Part shown: in pieces, positions 29,601-37,500 of the stretch | How the letters are laid out: each line of letters opens with the position of its first letter | Numbering within the stretch: the first letter of the stretch is position 1 | From: a virus | Lineage: Duplodnaviria; Caudoviricetes | IMG/VR virus record: IMGVR_UViG_3300031660_000010 | Span: 1-41,577 of that record | Direction: 5' to 3' (one strand) | Length of the DNA stretch: 41,577 nt | Position numbers and translations under genes: made by a program | Notes under the pieces: generated by a model | The model's input: the letters and a program-made list of their open reading frames with translations, nothing else | Database searches by the model: none | Told to the model about the DNA's origin: nothing

Positions 29601-31438
29601 GTACCAGTAAATTCAATAGGCATATTAGCTGTTAAGTTTGCAGTACTAGCACATGTAAATGCATCTGTAGCTGCAACCGAAGCAGTAATATCAACAGAGT
29701 AAGTATAAGTTACCCAGTTACTAATTTCCTTCATAATAAACTGTTTGTTCTTTTTCAAAACAGTAGTAGATGTTCTATTTAAATATCCATCTTCAACTTG
29801 CTTTGCAGCAAATCTTACAGTCTTCCAAGGCTTGTCAACAGTTAGTCCCCAACCATCGCCTACACTGTCTGTACCAGTAGTTGAAACATAAACTAAGTTA
29901 TTAACAATTCCATAATACGACCAAGTAGGATATCCACTCTTAACTCTTAAAATCTGTCCATCTGTACCAACTGGTAGTCTTGCTGGACCATTAGCACTAT
30001 AATAATATGTGTCGCCGTCGGTTGTAAGAATTGATGATTCTGATCCAGCTGCTAGTAAGTTCCAATATGCTGCTGCTGTGTCTACATCTGGTCTATTTGT
30101 TCCTGCATTAGCAACATGTCCTGCAACACAGATGTAACTGCTCTTTGCAAAGAATACAATGTCGCCTTTGTTATATTGTGTTGTTACTGTCCAAGTTACT
30201 GAAATGCCTGCAACTGTTGCAGCATTAATTGTACCGCTGTCTACTGAAGTAACTGTAATTACTATATCATTAGCTGGGCTTAATCCACCAAGTGCTGTAC
30301 CAGCAATGCTTAATGTATTTCCATCAGCAAACCCTGACCCGCCATTTGCAATAGCAAGAGAATACGCAGTTCCTTGTCTAGTAATGTTAAATGTTGCGCT
30401 TGATCCTGAGCCAGTTACTGTTGTTGCTGCAACTGCTGAAAATACTTGACTAACATTAGTATAATTCATTCCAGAATTAAGTAAGTCCCAATATGAATTG
30501 TTTGGTGGTAGATTACCTGTAGTATCTGCTTTTGCAAGATAAACATATCCGCCTAAGCGTACAACATCACCTACTAAGTAAGCAGTTGAAGTATCCCAGT
30601 CACTTCTAAAATTAAATCCTGTTGTATAAACGTTCCAGTATGATGTTGCAGTTACTGGATTTTGACCAGTATGATTTTGACTAGAAATATATGAGTATCC
30701 ACCATATATAACAGTGTCTCCAACTTGGTAAACTGTGCTGTTTGACCAAGTGTTTTCAAACTGCATACCTTCAGTAAAGATATCCCAATTGGAATCATTA
30801 AAGGCAGCTTCTGATGTATGCTGAGTTTTACATATCCATGTACTTGCACCATACTTAACTACATCGTTAATACGATAACGTGTAGTACCGGCATATGCAC
30901 CTAAGTATGTAATGCCTTTGTTAAACTCGTCCCACTTAGATTGGTCTGTTTCCAAACCGTCTGCTAAGGTAGCGGCAGATGTGTGATACGTGTTACAAAC
31001 ATAAGTGATACCGCCATATGATACAAAATCATTTACGCGATATCGTGTTCCAGTTGACCAAGAACCTTCCCAAGAAAATGTTGCTGCAAAGGCATCCCAT
31101 TTAGATTGATCAGCTTCTAGCCCTATTGCTGTTGTTGCAGCAGAAGTGTGCGCTGCTGTTGCAACATACACTGTTCCGCCATACTTTACTTGGTCGCCCA
31201 AATTGTAATATGTGTTTGTTGCCCAGTTGCCTGTCCAGGTCGTGCCGCCTGCAACTAAGTTCCAGTAAGTAGGATTATCTGCTAAGTCTGTTGTGAATAG
31301 AGTCCTTGCAGTGTGGTTTTTAACACACACATAGCTTTGGCCGCCATTACTAATAACATCATCTACAACGTATCCCGTACCTGTTGTCCACGCACCCTGC
31401 CAAACAAATTTTATTCTACCTAATTTAAATTCTGCCAT
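20627..31438 (-). CDS. giant multidomain virion/tail structural protein A (3603 aa)
   Basis: CBM5/12-like N-terminal repeats, VYVS..G.D..G..PW beta-helix cap, inserted helical CxRD repeats, beta-helix, W..VAYG.G.FVAV..S.DG..W propeller repeats, G.GY..P.IT repeats, and a C-terminal TGHD/STDQDGNF domain shared with protein B. Confidence 0.88.
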   Translation of the reverse strand: MAEFKLGRIKFVWQGAWTTGTGYVVDDVISNGGQSYVCVKNHTARTLFTTDLADNPTYWNLVAGGTTWTGNWATNTYYNLGDQVKYGGTVYVATAAHTSAATTAIGLEADQSKWDAFAATFSWEGSWSTGTRYRVNDFVSYGGITYVCNTYHTSAATLADGLETDQSKWDEFNKGITYLGAYAGTTRYRINDVVKYGASTWICKTQHTSEAAFNDSNWDIFTEGMQFENTWSNSTVYQVGDTVIYGGYSYISSQNHTGQNPVTATSYWNVYTTGFNFRSDWDTSTAYLVGDVVRLGGYVYLAKADTTGNLPPNNSYWDLLNSGMNYTNVSQVFSAVAATTVTGSGSSATFNITRQGTAYSLAIANGGSGFADGNTLSIAGTALGGLSPANDIVITVTSVDSGTINAATVAGISVTWTVTTQYNKGDIVFFAKSSYICVAGHVANAGTNRPDVDTAAAYWNLLAAGSESSILTTDGDTYYYSANGPARLPVGTDGQILRVKSGYPTWSYYGIVNNLVYVSTTGTDSVGDGWGLTVDKPWKTVRFAAKQVEDGYLNRTSTTVLKKNKQFIMKEISNWVTYTYSVDITASVAATDAFTCASTANLTANMPIEFTGTVGGVTAATKYFVKTIINATTFTISATAGGTLIQLTDQTGTMTGALSYDYDKCQRDTGKIVDALVFDIGHGGNEEITIAAQAYYTVAGTAYINSNFGQQLTQTIASYNYMKDLVIDVVQNKPAVCYQAKNGVYNGPKQHFTSATTYIQDTDIIAEVNTLLSVVTDGIYVGSKTGIPAAVFATNTIAVKTGTYFEVLPIVIPKNTAVVGDELRGTVIRPQPAIATLSKDTAKSISAIRRMKALVPNLLSNTKIYSTTGNTEVQAYVYDSHESILEPSVNSNVAMMNTIIKGGTVPAIVLTDPTEYDAGFLNARRLINANKAFLQAEVSAWIAAQVTGSIAPFAGFTYDAEAQADCERDTGNIVDVVSYDLTYGGNLQTSVAARAYYTLGAYIGTADSKLRALAVQDRLRDIIDNIVTGNTAGWTETPANAEVQDVSGTAGSAAASNFAVAALLQIRTTINTGVEAALVQPSTTHVNPRIVSAVTAVQSAKTTIAASVISWIKNNYPDLTFNETLCTRDTGYIIDALGNDAMLGSNYASINASKSYRRGITSTNVVINSQLLETTGAINYLSELVKIETKGTDTLTANLGVMTEILTSGIGTLPTAVFPDPVGMDAGYFNARRLLIANKVFIQKEISAWVDAQIAASTSPFNGFAYAGDNRVKCERDVGYTVDAIIFDLTYGGNLGTVINARSYYANGVLVEVSGEDPAKAVQLRIKDIIDNIVTGNTAGWTETSANAEVQVVSGTAGSAAAATFAQTRIQEIHDTIDTGTTPTTVAPVITWASAALQADFANVQAAKAHIQESAVNWVIDTYPTLSFNATTCSRDVGYIVDALAYDLVLGSNFLSIWNAMSYYRAIASSQVVVASQLQPTIGIIGYVGGAVTESARGITNLTGNTVASDRITLSANTISDIFNNGADSVPVEVMPLPSNIAAGFMNAARLVGLNATYIKADVSKYIEINYAAVWAALGATGQATCQRDVGYILDAIRYDLTYGGNTQSIISGRAYFTFINFNGGTALEKAATVAAYGHIKSILDDIVTKASVTAQTGNTETQDTTGTAGSAGAATFAQARMQDVVDNINNGVENATIAPTTTQVEANLVAGANRLLTNKAEIQSDGLVYVRKFFQDLTFNQATCSRDIGYMIDALAYDMMFGSNFAAIVTGRSYHRALASNTVVLTTQKKASLGLVKFLKYKTKAVASGGAIAQVSETVDDIVGTIKGGAKVNTLWPSYTGVDAQDYAGAKLIHQNKAFIARETLQYIATNYPAIIHSADGCIADIDFIVDALRYDLTYGGNFATRQAALAYYAQTLADGSLGAGALQITAADKVATIAAYGNMKAIIADIAQGGTAYTALQTGVTRITGLTGDATTAGLTNTKVQALIQYIDDKTTITEVLPSTSWVDSTKVTQAGLLISARAATITAITVFINTNYPNLTYNAATCERDVGRIIDALANDLMLGSNFRSIKAGMAYHQAQAKLAITGLQRKPTLQSMRQLYKLVTDIVATDAASLKTTKHNMKTIINLIDKGINETPEVYGTMTYYNNSTMHRAAEILKANTEYLASEATAWITQSFGGLVTDATAISNVYTTSTNHNLRVGDPVVFTNAFGGTADDVTYYVFTTPSLTTFTVKLLRTDTTEVSLTTLTSSSCTVRYAFSAALCKRDMREYVTALVDDLNGSSNYKSTRAAELYVNAVDGSEYSDMFRTRNACGLRNCTLSGLDGDLSEENDYYTKRPTAGAFVALDPGWGPNDEAVWVLTRSHYSQNVTMFGTGCTGAKIDSGLHNGGNKSMVKNDFTTIISDGIGVWCTGSDSLTELVSVFNYYGYAGYLAELGGRIRATNGNSSYGTYGVIAEGVSSAEVPIVGTINNKGAQAQITDVITDATTEVLRLEFGNAGSGYSNSLHVVNGAGYNAAAIADEFRDASTFETRIIDINNSEGTGGSSYVTASNAAQSGNTTQITIAATDQALSAAYVGMRIQIVAGTGVGQFANIATYGTGSKIATVTKPSTGAAGWDHVVPGTAIVGALDLTTSYIIEPQISYTAPGYTATARTLATSADWQEVAYGDGKFVAVEASGTITNYSTDGITWADAGALTGNLAWTDVVYGGGEGAEATATVGGLGGEGAVLTAVFGVANVNGDPTGDQIASVTVVNGGQGYTTAPTITFTPTSGGVGATGVAAVIDGQIREITMTIPGSGYNTLPTVTATSDRITEATVYAWGRHYFSDPTITLTAPFVGTAWAASTAEDLNDILYHVNTGVSPNVTNWYRVTTAGTTAATGPVHATGAVASGSAVLTHIGVSAVLIPSRTSEAGATDGLVKLTVQQSGAGYTTTPTITVLDSNAKYVAVATSTDDNCYTTSAGIAGTTAWTAGGSTGKTDLTSLTYGNGIFVAVGGASSAISSTNATSWISRTIPTLGSGTYSDVLYGNDVYLAIATGTNVTAKSDNGNSWTAGGTMPSTAAWGSVAYGNGRFVAIETGTASTKAAISIDKGLNWVATTLPASTTYNKIAYGQGLFVVVSNNTIAATSPDGITWTQRAMPSSSNWRAAAFGNTDDKPIWSVLSGTTGTIAATLRTGAQSTGRVAVASGTVTEVRMIEPGSGYPKGPVTATNATGSVITTNDTTNLVDNQPIEFRGMSTSGLLEDITYYVIASSIVTNTSFKVSASTANETPVTLITTTALSGNYTAGPIYTLTDPNKVKTCNLRIRTGDGALGNPSFTNRGADNTTATSTTAGDGHANLYQPSTFIDVSGLYEAPTAGANVEFASLPDEYYKLVTVTNLLGSKGNYSATLQLNPGLTVLKAPSHGDKVTTRIKYSQVRCTGHDYLYIGTGNKTQTNYPFVDITKAVLANQELFSGGGRAFFTSTDQDGNFNVGDLFGVQQATGTATLNASAFNLSGLNSLQLGALELGIDSAIITQFSTDPFFTADSDNIVSTQRAIRAYITAQIGGGQSSLNVNTLTSGIVYIAGNSISTTTGAGINITSRMNFTGGITGTPVALAFFMQR
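24079..24124. repeat. 46-bp perfect direct repeat, partner at 36441..36486
   Basis: atgtaccatatgaactgttaccgttagtagcacgtatacgtccacc is present in both giant genes (encodes GGRIRATNGNSSYGT). Confidence 0.9.
24540..29780 (-). repeat. ten helical CxRD repeats (phycobiliprotein/globin-like) inside protein A
   Basis: Cys codons at 29446, 28543, 28063, 27619, 27142, 26683, 26206, 25792, 25294 and 24640. Consensus CxRDxGYI(V/I)DALxYDLxxG(G/S)N. Confidence 0.85.
30060..31438 (-). repeat. seven CBM5/12-like Trp/Tyr repeats at the N-terminus of protein A
   Basis: W...T.Y...D.V.YGG..Y.(C)...HTS units. Confidence 0.75.
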
Positions 31439-31466
31439 TTTAGCTCCATCAATTCTTTACTATTGT

Positions 31467-31474
31467 TATTTATC
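31467..31474 (-). promoter_or_regulatory. T4-type late promoter-like motif (GATAAATA)
   Basis: Intergenic, 28 nt upstream of the protein A start, with a GGAG RBS in between. Same spacing as the 16012 motif. Confidence 0.6.
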
Positions 31475-31506
31475 TTATTATAAAAACATGGGTTATAAAC
31501 ATGTCT

Positions 31507-34500
31507 TTAACGTACCCAACTATTCACAAAATGTTGTAATGCCATACCGTCGCCGTCCCAGCCAGTAAACTGTCCTTGGAAGTTTGATGTTACCGGCATA
31601 TTAACTACCGATCCAACGTTGCCGTTTGGTATAGTACTTGCTATTTTATTTGGACCACCTACTAGAACAGTACCAGCAATTAACTGTCCTGTAAATGTGT
31701 TTGATCCACCCTGACTTAATCTTCCTTCTAAGTATGCTTTAACTGCTCGCTGTGTTGGAATAATTTCATTACTGTTAGCAACAAAGGTATCATCAACACT
31801 AAACTGCCTAATAATAACTGATGCGTTACCAATAGAAACACCACCTAGTGATAATGTATCCAGTCCTGATAATCCAAACTGTGATGCACTAATTGTTACA
31901 ATACCAGTTGCTTGTTCAACTGCAAATAAGCTACCAACTTTAAAGTTACCATCTTGGTCAGTTGACACATAAAACACTCGTCCAAAGTTTATTTCAACAG
32001 CTTGGTCTTGTGGCGATAATACCGTGTCAACTGGTACTCCAGGATATCTTGATTCTAACTTTGTTCCAAAACCTACATTCAAGAAGTCGTGTCCTGTTAA
32101 ACGTGCTTGACTATATTTGGTTCTAATTGAAATTGCAGAGTCATGTATAGGACTATCTTGAGTTGTAAGTTCTGGTGATACTCTAAGATTAGCTTTAATG
32201 TTTGGTGCTACTGTTCCAAACACAACTTCTGCGCTAGTAACTTTATAAATTTCATCTACTCCAGCAATAATTAAGTTATCTCCTGGTCCAGGTAATCTAT
32301 CTAAATCGTCAACAGTTAATTGTGTTCCTGTTTGGAAGGTATCCGCATATCCACCACCATTAATTATAATTGAAGTAGAGTTTGTATTATACCCTGTACC
32401 TTTATTAAAGAATGACGGATTAGCTAGTGTGCCATTACTGGATCTAATTTCTGTACTTGCTGGAACAGTTGCATTTGGATCTGTAATAGTTATAACAGGT
32501 ACAGTAGCATAGTTAGACCCAGGTTCCCACGTACTTATCGATGTTATTTTTCCTGAACTTACTGTAGCTCGACCTTTTGTTCTTGCTCCAGCTTGTACTT
32601 TACTACCTGCCCATGTATCAGTTCCGCCAATTGTAACCCAACTTCCTTCATACGTTAGTCCTGTCCAACCAAACGCAACGTCAGCATATGTATCATCTGT
32701 GGCAGCCCAAGATTTCCAAATTACACCATCTTCACTAGTCCAGCCTGCTCCGGCTGTTGTTGATAATGCTAAAAATACACCTTGTCCGTATTCAATTTTT
32801 CCTGCTGCAATTGAATATGGTGATGATAGCCAATTTATTCCGTCTACACTATAAACAGATTTTGCTGAGGTTGTTGAACTTGCTATAAACAATCCGTTGC
32901 CTGCAGACACATCTGTCCATTGTCCAGCTTCTGGTAAAGTTACTGTAGTCCAAGCAATGCCATTTGTGCTGTATGCTGCATATTGGCCAACACTAGCATT
33001 TGCAGTACCGCTGTCTATAGTAAATGTAAGAACTTCTCCTGCAGTACCACCAAGTCCTCCGTCTCCAACGCCGTTTATTGATATTGCTATATCATTAGCT
33101 GGACTTGTGCCACCTAATGATGTACCCGGAATTACAATGTCATCTCCGTCGGATGGTGAAGCGCCAAGCACATCTCCAGCATATCCAGATCCAAGTTGGC
33201 CTTCAGTAAGCGTAACTTCAGCAGTTGTGTAAGTGCCGCCAAATTTAACTACTACATCAAATTGTACTCCACTACCACCGCCTCCGGTTGCAGCAACACC
33301 GCCAAATGTTCTTCCATCTGCTACTGTTACATATGTACCTTCGTTGTATGCAACACTTGTCCAACGTGCAGCGCCTATGCCTGTACCAGTAGTCCAATTT
33401 TTTCCGCCGTTTGTTGAATATGCTGCTGCTGCTGTTCCGCCAGCATCGCTTGCTACTGCTACAAACTTTCCATTTCCGTATACCAAACCTGACCATTTAC
33501 TAACTGATGTAATTAAAGTATCACGCCAGCCGTTACCATCTGCTTTTGAATATATAACTGCTGACCCTGCATCAGCTTGTGCGCCATCTGCCGAAAGCAT
33601 TACCCAATAGCCGTTTCCGTAACAGACGCTTGACCAAATTTTACTTGTTGGTAGTGTCACTGCTGTCCAAGTTGCTGCATCTGATGACACAACTGCTGTC
33701 TCACCGCCGTTTGCAACTGCCATAAACTTTCCATTACCGTAAGCAATCGATGCGTATGTGTTTGCGCCTGCAGAAGGTAATGTATACGGAGTCTGCGATA
33801 CTGACGGAGCAGCAAAGTCGATCCTTGGTTCAATAAAGTACACTGTTGAATTGTCTAGTGCAGTTTCAACTTCAGTACCCGGATTAATATGATCCCAGCC
33901 TGCTTCACCTAAATTCATCGATCCCGTTCTAGTTTGTAGTGTTACTACAGTTCCGCCCGATGTGTCACTAACTGTGAATGTTGTTCCGCTATCAATAGTT
34001 TTTACAAAATACGTAGTACCTGTAGCAACGCCTCCAAACATTGACGACGAGTAAGTAGCTATCATACTACCATACCCGTATGCAATAGTTTCTGACGCTC
34101 CGGGTGTTGTGCCACCGTATGCATCTGCTGCTGTACTTAATACTACTTCGGCACCAACCGTCTTTACTTGCATTGCACCAGAAGCTGTTGCTAATGATAC
34201 TGCTGTGCCGCTTGGAGTAGTTGATACTGTCATCGATGTTGCGTCATTAACAGCAAGTACATAGTAAGTTGTTCCAGCAGTTAACCCACCAAATGCATTA
34301 CCTACAAATTGTACAGGTGCATCTGCTATGTATCCACTTGTAGAAGTCACTGTAACTAAGTTAGTACTAGCTTCAGTTGCGGTAACTGCTGTTGATATTA
34401 GTGCATCTGTGACAGTAATGTTTGTTGCGTCAACAAGTTCTCTAACATAATATTTTGTTCCGCTAACTAGCCCACCTGTAACATTTCCTGAAAATATAAT

Positions 34501-37500
34501 CGGATTCATTGCTAGCACATTTGGACCAGTAGTGTATGTAATTTTATTTGTAGTTACAGTTGTTGCAGTTACAGCAATATTTACAATTTGTGCAGATATT
34601 GAAAATGTAGTTGCATCTATAACATCGTGTACATAATACTGCGAACCAACAGAAACTCCGCCAATTGCAGTTCCTGTAAACTGTAGCGGCATATTAGGAA
34701 GCATGCTAGTAGTTGGGCCAGTTAATAACTTATCGTAACCTGGGAATTTCATAGTACAAATTTGTGTATCATCTTCGCTATCGTTATTTAATTGTAGCGC
34801 TGATCCAAATGGCGTAGTAGTAATTCTAATAGTAGTACCATCTACAATTTCTTTAATGTAATATGTAAAGTTAGTAGTTAGTCCGCCAAATGCTGTTCCA
34901 TAAAATCTTAAAGGCATATTAACTGTCATTGAAGCAGTCGATTCAAATAGCAATGTATTATCTGAGCCACCAGTTGTAGCAATTACATTTAGTTGTTTGT
35001 AAGCAGTATCAGTAATAGTTGATTTATAATAAGTTGGAATAAATTCAACTGGTTGATTTAAAAATAAGTTACCTGTGGTAGCAGTGCCTACAGTAATTAA
35101 GTTTGTTGATGTTGTAGTCCCAGTAATATCTAATAATGGAAAAGTTTCTTTCATTACGTTTGCAATTTTTGTATTTATGTCGAATTTTGATACAAATCCA
35201 TATTGTCCTGCACCTGTACCACTTTGTAGGAATGCTCTCATGCCTACATACTGTGTTGCTGTGCCTTCATCTGCACCAGATAATGTAACAGTTGTTGTAT
35301 CTCCTGCTTGAGCGTTGTTTGAAGCAACTGAATACTTACGTCCACCTGCTCCAATACCAGTGTCAGTTAAGCGTGTTTCAAATACTGCTCCTGAACGGAT
35401 CTCGTTACCAACTAAGTCAGCTCCGGTTCCTGCACCAATAACACTAAAGTCTGCAAATGATGTTGGCATATTTGTGGTTGTATCTAAGTAAAAAGTAGGT
35501 GCCGTTGCATACTGTAACTGTGCTCCGTAGAACTCAGCACTTGCTGAAACTCCTGTTTTACCCCTTGGATACATTCTTATAGTTAACGTATTGTTTAGTG
35601 CGTTTGCATCATGGAAGGTAAACCATATTCGTGTCCAACTATTTGGCAATTCTAGTCTTCCGTATTCAACTGGAGTAAATCCGTTATTTGCTGAAGTTGC
35701 TATAAACGCCTTAGTACTAAAACTATAAGAAACAGAACTAGTTACTGCACTAGTGCCACTATATATTGCATCAATATCAATTGTACTAGAAGTTCCTTGT
35801 TTAACATATATACTAAATGTTGATTTAAGATCACTGTTAGTAGGAACTGTTCCCGATACTGTTACTCCAGTAACTCCGCTTCCTGCTAGTCCAGATACAG
35901 TTAAAAAACAATCATTTACGCCGTCGATGCCGCCTAGTTGACTTCCTAGTACACGCATTTGATTACCAGTCACATAACCCGAGCCAGCCGCAAATACTTC
36001 AGCAGTATATGCACTTGCACCGACTGTGACATTAAATTGCGCTGAAACTCCAGATCCTGTTACGTTTAACGTTGATAATGCATCATACACAAATCCTGTT
36101 GGAGTAACACTTACTGCTTGCTCTAGATATCCTTCTACAGCATTACTAGTTGTTCCAGTTATTGTCCAAGCATTTGCTTCAGCTTGTGGAGAAAACACGT
36201 TTTGTTGTATTGTTACCTTACTATCGTTTGTCCAAGTTTGTAAAAAGTTATTACTATACTTGAGCATGTTAGTTGTTTGTTCATAATACCCCGAACCAGC
36301 ATTTGAGTATTGCATTGAAAGTAGTTCAGCGTTTGCGCCAAAGGCACTTTGTACACTTGCTTGTACTTGTGCAGAGCGATTATTAACAGTTGCAGTAATA
36401 GGAATTTCAGTATTGTCATAGCCTTCTGCAACTACGCCAAATGTACCATATGAACTGTTACCGTTAGTAGCACGTATACGTCCACCGTCTTCTGCAAAAT
36501 ATCCTGCATAGTTATAATAACCAAATACAGATACACACTCTGTTAATGCGCTTGGTCCTGTACACCATACGCCGATGCCATCTGATAGTACTTGAGTAAA
36601 GTCATTACACACAATAGACTTGTTACCGCCATCGTGTAAGTATCCGTCAATTTTTAATCCAGTACATCCGTCACCAAAGTTAGTAACGTTTTGTATGTAG
36701 GGCGAGCGTCTTTTAATCCATACACTTGTATCTGTTGGACCTGTTCCAGGGTCTAGTGAAACATATGCGCCACCTGTTGGTCTTTGGGTGTTAAAGGCGT
36801 TCCTTGCAGTTAAAAAGCCAGCTAGTCCTTGTAATGACATATTTCGAATGCCAGTTGCGTCTCTTACATGGAACATGTCTTTTAAGCAATCGCCGGCATA
36901 CACTGTCATAAATCCTGTGCCAGTAGTAAGTGCAACATCTGTGCCATTAACAGTTAGTGCAATGGTTATACTTTTAGTTGCTATGTTAACGTCTTTGACA
37001 TAATAAGTCTGACTTAATACAATTCCGCCAAAGTCTTCATTTACGTTTGCAGTAAAGAATTGTATAGCCTGGCCTGTTACTACGTTTGTTAATGCTTGAA
37101 GTACGATTGTATTGTCTGCTGCACTCGACGAAACTGCTCCAGTGTATACTGATGCTTTTGGAAAAACAATTGTTCCACGTAGTTCGTCACCATTAAGTGC
37201 AGTATCTTCAGGCACTTTAATTGGTAGAGTTTCAAAATACGATCCAGTCTTAACTTGCACAGTATATGTATATGAAGCATTTGGAAGAGGTATAGATGTT
37301 TTATCTTCATTAGAAATAGCATTTGTAACAATTGCAAATAGTGCAGTTACATCAATTGCTGCTTGAGTTTCGGCTGTAGCTAATGATAAATTTTGTTCTA
37401 TTAATCCTGTTGGTGCTGTTGATACTGCCCATAGTACCGAGTTTAGTGCATCAGGTAAAGGACCTACTGTATCAGCTGCTAAACTAATATACCATACATC

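Noticed and set aside
31480-31510. Hairpin AAAGACATG...CATGTTTTT between the giant genes as a terminator
   Set aside because: AT-rich weak stem with a 9-nt loop overlapping the stop codon. Not enough support.
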